A stretch of 63,382 nt of DNA, filler included, from Sphacelaria rigidula (taxonomy: Eukaryota), in the NCBI GenBank assembly GCA_964200075.2. It is 5 parts of 5 records of this genome, joined end to end, with 100 filler letters (N's around TTAATTAATTAA, not from the genome) between each part and the next. Parts side by side here need not be neighbours in the genome. Positions count along the whole stretch, not along the records: positions 12,700 to 25,297 come from CAXNAA020003585.1; 4 more parts are not named here. One strand, 5' to 3'. The position numbers and the translations under genes are program-made. Shown in pieces: positions 12,700 through 25,397 of this stretch. Within the stretch, counting starts at the first letter, position 1, and each line of letters begins with the position of its first letter. The notes beneath the pieces are model-generated. The model made no database searches. It was not told the origin of the DNA and saw nothing but the letters and a program-made list of their open reading frames with translations.

Positions 12700-14549
12700 G
12701 GAGCCCCTGAACTAGACATAATTTCGCGAAAAAAGTGCACCCCTACCGTAGCATTGCTCTTTTTATTAATACTTTTAAAAAAACGAGCAGAATTTTTCGG
12801 AAAACTGCTTGAACAATGACGCCATTTTATGGAGTACAGTGTGGTACACTCGAGACAAGACAATTTTGCAGTGGTGTGTGAAGAACAGAGCACTACCCTG
12901 AACACAAGACAACACGGCAGTTCTGCCGTGTTTTCTAGTTTTAGAACCTGTCACAGCTTGGTGTACAGAGAGACCACGAGAAATCACGCGCCGTTCTAAT
13001 GTTCCACACGAGAATGAGAAGAAGCAACAGCAGCAGTAGCAGCAGCATCTTCACTGCCAGCAGATGTACTGCCAGTAGATGTACGCGGCTGGGGGTGGGT
13101 CTAAATCAGCCGGTGCCGATTCGTGTGTGTGTCAGCGCTGTCCAGCACGATGGTTATCACTCGCAAGATGCGTGGGTGTTGTCGCACTGTCGACACGCAG
13201 ACCGTCTAGGATCGAGAGCAGCAGCAGCAGCAGCAGCAGCATCGCCGCCGGTTGATTCAGGCTCACCTCCAGTCACGTACATTTACTGGCAATAAATGTA
13301 CTGCTGCTGCTGCTGCTGCTGCTGTTGCTTCTCGTGCGGACGGTCCACGGCACTAAACAGCCCCCCGCACACACACAAGATCTTGAGGACCTATAATAGT
13401 TTGATATTTTTCTGGCGTTGCGTCAGCGGCCCGAAAATCCCCCCCCAGAGCGGAAAACACCCTTTTGGTACACTTGGGTTACTTGCGAGTCAGCATCACA
13501 CTCAAACGCGAAAACCAAACTCGGCGACGTAGCTTGGGTGTGTGGGAAGCGCGCAAGAAACCGCAGCCCAATCCCCCGTTCCGGTGTCGAGTTGTAAGCG
13601 TTGCGCGATTGGCACTTTTGGGTTGCTGCAGTTACGTTGGTGTGTAGCGACCACAACAGCTGCTGTTCGTGCTCTTGTCTTGTTATCTTCGCAATGACGG
13701 TAAACGTGGGGTGGTAGCTCGGGGGCGTGTGCTTCCCGACTGGTACAGACAAAGGCAGGACACTCGCTAGTGCAACAAGACTGTCCATCTACTGATGTGG
13801 AGTGAGCTTATCGGAGGAACAAAATCACCTCAACACTGACCACTGCCAGACTTGAATAAGTGGACTAGAAATATAGTTCATTTCCTATGGCCCAAATCGT
13901 CATTTGTAGGTGACGCTTGTGTTTTCAGTTGATACTGCATGACTCTTTGGATTACCGGCCGCTTCTGACGCATGTTGCGTTCAGCTTGCACTTTCCATGA
14001 ATATAGTACCGAAAATCTGCAATTCCTACCCATAACTGTACTGTCTAATGTTTGGCCGAGAACGAAACTGTTGTAATGCGTGAGAGGACCGCGTGCTTGG
14101 AGGACCGCATAGTTGGGGTCAGGGTTAGGGTTAGTGTTGGGGTCAGGGTCGTGGTACCTGCAGGGACTGGCCCGATAGGTTTTGGAAAACGTCGATACTG
14201 AGGTGTTTCGAGCTACGGTGCGGTTCTCTAAGCACGCGGTCCTCTCACCCACTACACTGTGACCTACGGAAAACGCAAAGGTGCTGCGGAACGGTCTGAG
14301 GTGTCGACATCCGCTGAGCCCTCTTCTCGGGGCAAAAACGACGAACAAGGGTAAAAAAAGCACTTTTCGACAAGTTATATTTTTTTCGATACATAAGACG
14401 TATAACAAGTAGCCTAACAAAAAAAAAAAAAAATCGAAAATTGGAAGCGCGATTGCGAAGCAGAGCAATCTATGTGAAATTGACTCTGATCTGTTTCCGT
14501 GTTGTTACCCCCATCGAATTCACAGTATGAGTACATGTCTGTTACAGAT

Positions 14550-14810
14550 TTATTGGTCATTTTCTAGTCGACTAAGTTTCGTGTGTCATACTTTGTCATG
14601 CTTGGTACCTGATGGGCCATACTACATTGTGTGGTAGAATTGTGATGTCTGCTCTCATGTGTTACAACGTTTTGGACTAGCATCTCAACCAGCAAAGCAG
14701 AAGTTAGCCTGTTCGCCGATAATACAAGAGCATCTACGCCATCACGGACTGCGGTATCAGAGGGGTCTCTAGTCTTTTCACAATGTCAGCCTGACCTCCA
14801 TGCAAAATTT
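14550..14810 (+). repeat. Dispersed repeat, diverged copy at 24960-25225
   Basis: Shared gccgataatacaag...cgccatcacggactg...tctctagtctt...cacaatgt. Confidence 0.7.
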
Positions 14811-14984
14811 GCTGTTCTGGCGTCTGAGCGGCTCACGGGTATGCCGCCCTACGCTGCGAACGCGGGTCGACTCCGCACTTGGTAAAGTCGAACTCGACGG
14901 ATCGATACACTTGATCGTGTTTGGGCGCGACGGCCCAGGTACCCACGAACTGGCACCTTACATCCCCAGACGGTAAGTATCGAA

Positions 14985-15237
14985 GACACTTTCTACGATA
15001 GCCCCCTCCCCAAAACCAGCCTAAAAGTGTCACGAAAAAATCGGCCATACAGCGCCCAATGTTTGGATTCAGGCTGATGAAGCGCCTCATATTGGCGACA
15101 TTGGCGAGAACGAACCCAAACGTGGGAATTCCCAGCTGCTCGTTGTGCTCGGCTTTTCCCATCTCGATTCACGTGAAGATTTTGCCTCTCAAAACCATGC
15201 ACTTTTTTTGGAGGGGGGGGCTATCTTAGAAAGTGTC
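14985..15237. mobile_element. MITE with TIRs and 4-bp TSD (CGAA)
   Basis: GACACTTTCTACGATAGCCCCCTCC ... GGAGGGGGGGGCTATCTTAGAAAGTGTC, with CGAA on both sides. A second copy is at 61245-61485. Confidence 0.85.
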
Positions 15238-17013
15238 CGAACCGTGACATGTTGCCCAATGTGTGCTTGTGTAGAGTAAACCCCGGCATGCTCCTAACAT
15301 AAACTTTCGGAGGGGAGGTTTTTCTGGCGTGTGAGTCGGATCCGGTTAAATGCTACCTCTTTGATATAGAGTAAATAGTGTGCCTGTTCACAATTTGCCG
15401 TTTCCACCGCATATCTTACCTGCAACATCACTTCATTTAGTGCAGTATAAAGTAGACAGAAGACTTTTGAAGTTCACAACTGGGTGTCGTTGATATGATG
15501 GTATGCTCTTGGCTCTCTGCACTTTTTGTTCTGCCGCCTGCTCACCATGCGTACGTTGAGCATAAAAAGTGAGCAAAGTTGAGCATGGGCTATGCAGTGT
15601 AGTGTCCCATGGGTGCCCTGTGCTCCGTATTCCGCCCGCTGCATATTTATCCTCATGCTCAAACAGATCATAGCAGCCTCATTCACGAGTGACCAGGACC
15701 AGGTGCTTTCGCCACAACAGTGTCGCGCCCTACGATATGACGGAGGTAACCAGACGCTCAAAGCACAATGACCTAAGCCGATATAAGAGTGAAAGACTGG
15801 CAAAAAACGGTCGTACGAGCATATCCGAACCAGCTCACGGGGACGCGCTACATCTCGGCGAGATCCCGTATCTTTCAAGGTGCTACATTACTCCGGGCTG
15901 CATCATGGACTGCTTCACTTTAGGGCACCTCGGAGCTGCGGAGCCACTGCCGTTTTGCGGGTGTCCCGTTGCCCTCTGTTGTTGTTCTTCATGCTGCCGT
16001 ACCGCCGTTCTGCTGTTGTTTGTTAGTGCCGTGCCGGTGTTGCGTTGCCCTTACTGCTGTGCTGCCGCTGCTGCTGTTTCCGCTGTGCTTTCCGTTACCC
16101 TGTTTTGTGGTTGCTGTCCCGCTTGAGGTGTTGTAGTTTTTGCGTTCACCGCCTATGGTTGGTTGTAATGTTTTGCTTGCTATAGCCCTGCATGTTGGAG
16201 TGCAAGCGTAGGCTCAACCCTCAAGTCCCCATTACTCATATTGTACCGTGCTCCACTTTGATCGCACGGGGTTTTGTTCGCGAATGATTGTCATGATTAC
16301 ACGTGCCTGAACTGTTACGACTGAGGCTCCCACGTAATTTTTCCCCTGAAATGCACCTCCGCATGGTTATGAGACGGTGTTCGCCATTTTGCCTACTCGC
16401 ATACCCAAGTGACTTCGCCTGCATCGCGTCACCTTCATCTCACCTGTTACTAATTGTTGTTTATTGGTTGTTTGGGAGTTTGAAAATTCGTTTTGAGCCC
16501 GCTGTTTTCCGTAATGTTTACTTTTGCGGTTGTTTCGGTGTGACGTGGCCGCACTTTTTATGACCGGTCCGCCTGGACTAAGCATTTTTTACAGGTGTGG
16601 CAAAGGCGGATCGAAAAAAAGACAGAAAAAATTCATAGAGTCTCAAAGTATAACACACCGTAACACGCAATGCAGGCAATGTAAAGCTTTCACGAGCGGC
16701 AGTTTACCGGCTCACTGTTTATTCTGTATAAAACGGGAAAGCATCATGACACCCAAAGTAACTTTCGCTTGTGAGTGTTTGTAAAATATCAACAGTCCTT
16801 GACCGCCGACTATCATTGAAAGCATGTACTGATCAACGCGATGCTTCCGTTCTTCCCCCTTCTGTCCTGTCCGTGTACTTTTCCCCCTCTCTGCCTTTGT
16901 TGCCATCGATCCATTTTATTGTGACTATGGGGATTGATGAAACACACGTGTCCCACCGCCGATGTTTCATGCGGTACTAGTTGGTAAGTACGGTACATAC
17001 GAAACACCGAAAA

Positions 17014-18831
17014 ATGTCTGGCGGGGGCGCTGAACGCCGTGAGGGACGAGGAAGGCGTCACGATAGACACCGCTCCGATTCCGGATTCTCCTCGGCATGC
17101 CGAAGCCGTTCCGATTCCCGGGACTGTCGCTCCCGCTCTCGCTCTTATCGCCGCCGCTCTGCGTCGCGCCGCCCCTCTACATCGCGGGACTCTCGTAGTT
17201 CTCGCTGTAGCGCCCTCCGCCCCTCGCGCTCTCGCTCTACATTCCCTCGTCGCACTGTGGCCCGCGTGACATACCGCTCCACGAGCCGTCCCACAACGAA
17301 CCGTGACAATCAGTCACACCGCGACAGACACGAGACTGAGGAAAGCATGAAGAAACGAGATGAAGGGGTCGAAGGGGCCGAAGCCAATCAATCGGCAAAG
17401 GTGAACGGGCGGGTACGGAGTCGCATTGCAAACACCTCTAAGATGCCAGTGTACACGGGCACTTCACCGGGTAAGCTAACAATAGCAAACAGTGCAGTAC
17501 TCCTCCAGGAAAAGATCTGGAGTACATTGCGTCATGTGGAACGTGCAGCGCTGAAGCTCCCCGAAGATGCACAGCAGGTTGGAGGAAGGTGGGTCACAAG
17601 AGTCAACAAGCACTCGCCCCGCCGCCGTGATCTACTTTTAGAGTTGCTTGCAGGCGGTGGCACCACTGCCACAGCGCTGCTGTCGGGCGTTCATGTTCGG
17701 GTGCACCGCATCTCAGGTGGTACCGAAGTCGTACGCCACGATCAGGTCACGACGACCGATTGGTTGCGTCTGCTGGTTTGTGAACAAGCCTTCAATTGTG
17801 ACTCCGCCGAAAATGCACGAGAAGCACACAAGGAGGTCACCTTGAAAAACGATGGATATTGGGAACATGCGGCTAAGCGAGTTTTGTTGGTTTATAAAGC
17901 CACCCTAGCGAGCGCAAGCCGTCCACATGCGACTGAGACTGACTTTTTCTGGCGTTTTATTACTAAGGAGTAGCTGAACGAATTGTACGAATGCGTCGTC
18001 CGAGCCGTCTTGCCTGATGAAGTTCGCAGGGATGGCATGCAATCACTTCTCCGCGAGGAGATGAGCGAAGCGGACACCAAGCTCGCCGACATGGCTGAGG
18101 AGCTTCAAACCCCGATGGGGGGACCTATGCGCCGCCGTGGTGAAGTAGCCAAAGATTTGTACGACGAGTTCATCAGAGTTCTTACCGCACGCCCCTCGAA
18201 GCATTACAGGAAGCCAGTTCAAAAGAAAGTAAGTCGCACATTAGGATCAGACCGCCTTTTTTCGCTAGATGCTATCAGGCAAATGTCGCCCTCGCAATTC
18301 TCCGCGCTCCGCGGTGAAAATGAAGGTTTGATACCCCGTGTTGCCACAGCCGCCGCGTCTTCTCCCAGGATCCTACCGCAGATAGAGTACGCGCAACCGC
18401 AGTCGGACGAATAAGTTCAGCAACTGACACCGGCCCTAGCTGCAGCGTTCGACAACACACCAGGGATAACCCCAGGACAGCACGGTGTTCCTTTCGTGGA
18501 ATAGAGACACCGCTCGGCAAGAGAAGTGCAGAGTCAAGGTTGGACAGCGGCCGCGAAAGAAGCGTCTTGGTCGTCTGCTGCATCCACTCCGCTACCAACT
18601 TCATCCTCGGCTGTAAGCACCCGCGATCAGCAAGCCGCTCCTTCCCCGGCAGGGAACCGAGAAGAGGTCATTGATCACCTCCGCAGGAACAAGATCTGCT
18701 TCGGCCACGCTTTCACGGGTACCTGCCGCCGCCGCAATGGCACTCCCTGTCCGTACACACACGGTAGCATCACGCCGTCTTACTACAGGAACGTCAAATG
18801 CCGCCGTAGAGCCGCCGTCCCGCAGAAGTGA
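17014..18831 (+). pseudogene. gag-like ORF (broken): RS-rich N-terminus and C-terminal CCCH zinc finger
   Basis: Collinear ORFs 16981-17973, 17983-18414 and 18526-18831 separated by stops; C-x8-C-x7-C-x3-H at 18697-18762; lies directly upstream of the protease. Confidence 0.7.
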
Positions 18832-19049
18832 CTCGCGGTCCTCACGGAATCCCAATACTTAGCCGCGATCGACATGGGACTGATCAACGAGGATAGCGAT
18901 GGTGGACCGGAGGAGGAAGAAGTAGAGCACGAACAGGCGCCCTCGGACAGCAACAGCGACAAATGAGGGGGCGGCCCAGGTAGTTTCAACTTGGGGAAGC
19001 TGCTAGAGGAGGAGTTGGCGACCATCACGCGTCGTCTCGGAAACCAATT

Positions 19050-22000
19050 GTGGGTGACGGGAGAGATCTGGCACCGGAGCCGGGCTCGGAGATCGTGGCC
19101 ACTCGAGGTACTGTTGGACACCGAGGCAGGTAGGGGCAATTACATATCTGGGTTTTTGTGGCGTTGCCTCATAAAAGCAGAAGTAAACAGACCAAGCTAG
19201 ACACGAACAACGCTGGTGCTATTCGCGCCGCCAACCCCTCGCAGAGTAAGGTATCCCCGATGGCTATAGTTGGATCAGTCGTGATACCCATATTGTTCGC
19301 TAAGGATGGTCGCGTTCGTAAAATAGCAGTCAGGGTGGTAGAAGATCTATCTTACGGCCTCATTTTGGGGGCCGAGTTTTTCAGGGCAACCGTAGCAGTC
19401 TCGAGTTCAAAGCAACAGGGGGATTTCGCCATACCCCCTCCGCACCATGGATTCCGCTTTGACCAACGATAGCCCCCGACATGCGGAACCGACTACACTC
19501 TCTGCCGTAGACCCGCTTAGTGAAGCGCGTCCGCTAGTCACACCCTCCTCCGCACCATATAAGTTCCCCAGTTACAGCGACGTTGCCTGGGAGGACGACG
19601 TCACGAGAAAGTGGAACGTGGGGCTGGCCGAGCGTTTCGTCTCCATCGACGGGTTTGTAAGCATGGCGGTGGAAACGGTGATCATGGGACCCCAACCGCA
19701 GGACAAGCAGCTAGCTCTGATGCTGCCCTTGGCTAAGTATGATCTGGACGGCGGAGCGTTGGTAGGGATAGTCAAAGGAGTATTGTGGGCGGTACAAGGG
19801 TTTCCAGTTTACTGTAAGTTAGTGAACAAAGATAAAGATAGGGCCGAAGTGAAGACCTCCGGGACAATCGCGCGCTTGATAGCCCTCGATGTGCGCAATC
19901 CTTCTCGCTTTCACTCACTTTTCGATGACACACCGTCAACAGTAGACAAACCTACCTTGCCCGCACCCCCGTCGTGCCCCAAGAGTGACCAACTGCCCTC
20001 AGAACCTAGCCAGGTCCGAGTATCGGATGCAAACATGGGACAGTTCGGGGGAACAGAGAAGGCGGAACTTGTCCGCCTATTGCGGAATTTCGTGAAAGCA
20101 GGATTGTTTCCCACGGATCCTAAGCGGGTGCCAGCCTGCATCAAGGGTAAGCTGCTAAAATTGCCATTGATTGACGAAGCTAGCACGCCCTTCGCAGCAA
20201 AACAACGTCGTTTCTCGCCTGAAGAGCGCCGAATGATCAGAGAGGAAATTCATAAGCTTCTTGACCGCGACGTTATCGGCCCCTCAACTTCCCCCTGGGC
20301 CGCGCAATGACTTTGTGTCAAAGTAAAAGATGGTACCTTGCGCTTGTGCATCGACTGCCGTGCTCTGAATAAGCTTTTAGTGTCTGGTAGCGGTGGGGTA
20401 GGCAACATGCAGTCTATATTTGATGGTCTCAAGGGCGAGAAATATTTCACGCAACTAGATCTAGCCTCAGGATTGCACCAAATTGAGACTGCCGAAAAAG
20501 CCCGCCACAAAACAGCGTTCAGAGATACAGATGACCGACTCTTCGAGTTCACCAAGGTAGGTTTCGGACTGATAGTACTCCCGGCGGCGTTCACTCGTAG
20601 AGTAAAATCAACGACAGGCAACCTGACTGGTGTACACAGCTAGCTATATGACATCCTCATAGCCAGCCCCTCGTGGGACGAGCACTTGGCTCTCCTTACC
20701 ATAACCTCGCAACGATTGTCGACTGCAGGGTTCTCGGTGAACTTTGCCAACTGCAGCTTCACAGCACCGTCCTAGGAGTTTCTTGGCATGTTGATCGATA
20801 GCACAGGCATACAACCGGCTCCATCCAAACTCACCGCAGTCGCTAAGTACCGCGTCCACGCACTGTTGAGGAACTCCGCTCGTTTCTCGGACTCACCGGG
20901 TATCTCAGACAGTTTGTAAAAAAGTACAGCATAATAGCCGCCCCATTGACCAACATTCTTCGCAAAAACTTATTTTCCTCACGTGGTGCACGAATGTTGG
21001 CCATTCCGTGGGATGATGATCAGGAAGCAGCGTTCCAGGCACTCAAGTCTTCCCTAACATCACCAACGATACTCGCTTTCCCCGACTTGAACAGCACGCT
21101 CGAATTGCAGACGGATGCCAGCAAAGTGAATGCGGGGGCCACTCTCTTACAGCTAGTGGGAGACGAGTCTCGCATCATCGCATTTGCGAGTCATCGGTTT
21201 TCACGTACACACTCGCGTCGAGCACCCACGGAGAGGAAATCTATGGCCGTAATATAGGGGGTCCAACACTTTGGACCATACCTAGCGGGCAGAACGTTTA
21301 GACTAGTCACCGATTGCTCCGCGCTGACGTGGTTGTTTCGTAGCCGTGATCTGTGTCCCAAGCTCCACAGGTGGGCGCTACGACTCATGGAGTACGAGAT
21401 GGAACTTCGATGGCGGAAAGGAACCCAACACGTGTTACCTGACGCTATGTCCCGTCTCCCACATCAGCAGGAGCCAGGAGATGACGCAGACGAGTCATTT
21501 CCCGACGATTTCACCTTCGGCACAACCTCGGAAGCTGCAAAGTCCCGCGGTCCACAACTGCACGAGGAATGGCTGTCAGAGTTGTCAGCCTATGGTTTGA
21601 AGAGAGAACGCACAGATGCAGTCGAGGCGACATACCTAGGCACCCCGCAAGCACTTCCTTTTGCTGACAGCGCGTCAATAGAAGACGAATCACACCGTCG
21701 TTCCCCCAGAATTCGCCGACCATCCGTGCGCTTGCAGTTCCCCGACGCTGCCCGTATACGTACCATTCCCGCAGATGTCCAGATGAATCTTCAAACACCG
21801 GTAGGTGTCACGCCTATTGAAGCTCCTACGAGGAAGCCTCCCCCCATTACCCCTGCCCCAATCAGCGAGCGGCGGAAAGTGGAAAAGGTGCTCACCGCTG
21901 AAGGGGACAGTCCTTCGACTCCGGTGAAAACCGCAGTGGATACGTCGTCATTCGAGAGGGCGATACAGATGTTGACAACCGCACCCGCGCTGAAACGCCA

Positions 22001-23870
22001 ACAGGAGGAGGATACCTTTTGGGGGCAGGTTAGATCGATACTGAGGGGAGAGAAGGCGCACGGTGCGAGTGACAAAGATGGCGAGAGTATGGTAGGTGCC
22101 GACGAGGTGCAGGGGGGAGAAGAGGAACTCGATAGGAGTGAGTCAGACTGCGAGAGTGTGGTGAGTGCCGACAAGGTGCCACAGGGAGAGGAGGGGCCTA
22201 GTACGAAAAATGACGTCAAGATTACGGTGAGTGACGACGTTGCACACAAGTACAGTCTCGACGATCAAGGTGTGGCGTGGTTTACGAAGGACACGGAGAA
22301 ACCATTGCTAGCCATCCCCTCTGCTATGGTACCCGATATCTTGGCGTTGGTGCACACCTTACGTGGCCATACTGGAGTAGGAGCCACGCTGTCTTTGCTG
22401 CGGGATCGTTTTATCTGACTGTCGATGATCAAGGATACCAAACTGTACGTGTTATCTTGCAGCTGTAGGAGGAGAAAGAAGGCTAGTAGCCGCAAGGTTG
22501 CAATGACCCCTGGACGAGCCGTAGACCCATGGGAAGAAATGGAGATGGACTTGCTGAGCATAGACACTGCCTCGCTTACGAACAACAAGTACATTCTTTT
22601 GATCGTAGATCGAGCGTCTAAGTTCCCATTCAGCTTCCCACTCCAATCAAAGCAGGCTGAAAGTGTAGCTCACATCCTTGCCGAGCCATGTTTGACATTC
22701 GGCGTGCCTCGCAAAATCTGCAGTGACGGAGGAAAGGAATTTAGAGCCAAGGTGGTAACACACCTGTGCAGGTGGCTGAAAGCAGACATTGCTTTCGGAC
22801 CCTCCGATCACCCCAGAGGACAAGGAGCAGTCGAGAGGTTGGGGGGATGGCTACTAGACATGCTGACGAAGCTGTGTAAGTCGTGGCCCCAGAGATGGGA
22901 CGAGTATGTCTCCCCAGCACTCTGGATCAAGCGTACCTTGCCCGACGTTTCCCTACCCTCGGACATGTCCCCGTTTTAGCATTTGTTCCGTCGTAAACCC
23001 CGCACGTCTCTAGATTCGCTTATTCCCCTATATCATGGGGTGGAATCGGGTAAAGGACTGGATGCCCTCGTGGAGCAGCGCAGACAAAACCTCAAGGAGG
23101 TACGTCTAGCTCTTGAGAGAAGGCACGCCGCGAAAGCATCAAATCGTGCAAAAATGAACGCCTCAATCATGAGACCCTCCCCCGGAGTGTCTGCAAGAGA
23201 AGGAGACCTGGTCATGGCACGCGAATCAGACAACACGATACACCGGGACGATAAGGGTAGGAAACTGCAACACGAAAAGTAAAAGTATACGGGGCCTTGG
23301 AAAGTGGCGGAAGTGCTGATGACCGGCCTTATTGTAGAGGTAGTCATGCAGGGTCGTAAACGTCGTACACGTAGGGTAGCCGTCTCAGAGGTAAAACCCT
23401 TTCATGTTCGTCCACCGCACCTCAGGCACTCGATAGCTGACGAGTTTGTCAACACGTATGGGGTTCAGATTGGGAGTACGAAACCACTCCACTCCACACT
23501 CACGAATTCGTCCCCTTGGTGGATCGCCGTGAGATCTACTCCATGACAGGCACGAAACAGTGGGAATATAAGGCGAGATCTTCCGAGGGGAAGGTGTCAA
23601 GCTTGTTGCCCGAGAGCCAGCTTCGGGATAGCTTCTCTCTTTTGGAACTAGACGCTTTCCACGCCCTCTGGCATCTGTATAAGCCCGCAGTTGCACCCAA
23701 TCCACCCTCGCACTCCAAGAATCGCCCCGCTCCTCTGTCGCGCAGTGACGACTGGGAAGAGCTACCCCGCCAGGAACTAGAACACGAACGCGGGAAGAGG
23801 GACACCAACGGTAGACTGCACCGAAAAGGAACACCGACTTTAGACGGCAGCGGGGACGTTAAGGGGTAGT
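19050..23870 (+). pseudogene. pol polyprotein pseudogene (protease, RT, RNase H, integrase)
   Basis: Motifs listed for the element. RT ~20180-20950, RNase H ~21090-21460, integrase ~22330-23330, with in-frame stops at for example 20308, 20641, 22416 and 22977. Confidence 0.9.
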
Positions 23871-24454
23871 CAGTATTTAAGATGGTACAGGAGATCATTG
23901 CACGGGGAAGGTGGTTGTGAAATAAACGAAAGAAAACTTTGTATTGCTGATACCGTACTTTTCAGTCATGAATTGCAAGTATCTCGTTTATGTGATTTGC
24001 GAGTGTTCTCGTTTCTGTTTCTTTTTCGTTTTCTTTCCGGGTGTTCGTGGCCTTGTTTGGTTCCCATTCTGTAACATACGAATACATGTGTAAGCCAAGG
24101 CGCATGGGCTCTATTCTCAGTTTGATCCCATTTTGTAACATACAAGTACCTGTATACCTCTATTTTCATTTATGCCATGTTGATAATAGTTGTTTTTCAT
24201 TTTGTGACATGCGAATTAATGTGTGAGCCAAGGCGCATGGACTCTATTCTCAGCTGCACTCGTGTAACTATTGACCGGTTCGTAGAAACGTTGTTTTTAG
24301 CGAATCCAACCAACGTTGGATGTGGTTCAAGCCCCGCACCACCTCGGAATCCAGTGTACCTGACCTGGCGTGTCGACGCGCGATTAAGCTAATTAGCCAA
24401 TCGTTCTCCAGTCTAACTGAGATCCCGGGAAAACGACAGCAATCGTACTGGTCT

Positions 24455-24707
24455 GAGTCGTCCTACGATAGGGGGGGGGGTATTTTGGGCCACTTCTTGC
24501 ATGAAATTCCAGGTCAAATCGTCCTTGAAAGGAGTAACGGTTGCTCGAACGAGCTTGTTATAGGTACATAACGCTCGTTCATACCGATTGACAGCATCTT
24601 GAACCAATTACAAGCGCACCGCGAATGTGGCAGGTCGTCTGACACACTTTTTAACCTCTTTTTTCGTGCAATCAAATCCCCCCCCCCCCCCTATCGTAGG
24701 ATGACTC
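24455..24707. mobile_element. MITE with GAG...CTC termini and 4-bp TSD (GTCT), Sola2-like signature
   Basis: GAGTCGTCCTACGATAGGGGGG ... CCCCCCTATCGTAGGATGACTC, with GTCT on both flanks. Confidence 0.85.
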
Positions 24708-25297
24708 GTCTGCTGTTTCTGTCATTAGAAAGGGCGTTATAGATTTTTTTTCTTTCCTAACGGATAGGGTTTTCCCCTGTCTAAAACAGGATTTACCTAT
24801 CTAATAGATACCGAGTTTTCCCCTGCAAACTAATATTGCAGGTTTTTCTCGTTTCATTACTTCAGGCGTTGATGTACAGGCTTCATTTCCCCGGCCCTTC
24901 CAGCCCTTTAAGTATGTTTCACTTAGCCTTATAAAAACGCTGGGGGGGGATGTTCCGGACTTATTGGTTATTCTCCAGTCGAGTAGACTCCATGTGTCAT
25001 ACTTTTGCCATGTCTAGTCCTACAGCTCATGTGCCAGTTTTGGAGTCTGTTTCATTTCTAGGGCATGTTGACCCCAAGCTCCCACAGTCTTTGGGAACTC
25101 ACCTCAAGCCACGTTTAGCAGCTACTAGCCTGTTGCCGATAATACAAGAAGCATCCACGCCATCACGGACTGTGATATCAGAGGGATCTCTAGTCTTCTC
25201 ACAATGTAAGCCTGGCTTTCATGCACACGTCGGACGGATCAGGTCGTGACAGATCCGGGTCAGCTCATTTGGGGCATAAATCATGATCTGTACGAGG

Positions 25298-25397
25298 NNN
25301 NNNNNNNNNNNNNNNNNNNNNNNNNNNNNNNNNNNNNNNNNTTAATTAATTAANNNNNNNNNNNNNNNNNNNNNNNNNNNNNNNNNNNNNNNNNNNN
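25298..25397. other. Artificial contig linker
   Basis: Same 100-bp linker. Confidence 0.97.

Larger units (their letters stand above)
16980..23915 (+). mobile_element. Degenerate Ty3/Gypsy LTR retrotransposon, internal region (gag-PR-RT-RH-IN-chromo-like)
   Basis: Domain order PR (VLLDTEAG, 19117), RT (SPWAA..LRLCIDCRALN..FTQLDLASG..KTAF..*LYDILI), RNase H (LQTDASK..TDCSAL), integrase (H..GH..C.C; MDLL; ICSDGGKEF; GAVERL), YTGPWKV and a chromodomain-like tail. Many stops and frameshifts. A purine-rich PPT-like tract at 23903-23915 is followed by TG. No LTR pair was found. Confidence 0.92.

Noticed and set aside
14550-25225. Direct repeats 14550-14810 and 24960-25225 as LTRs of the Gypsy element
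   Set aside because: They are strongly diverged, lack TG...CA ends and are not adjacent to the PPT-like tract or the gag start. A dispersed repeat is more likely.
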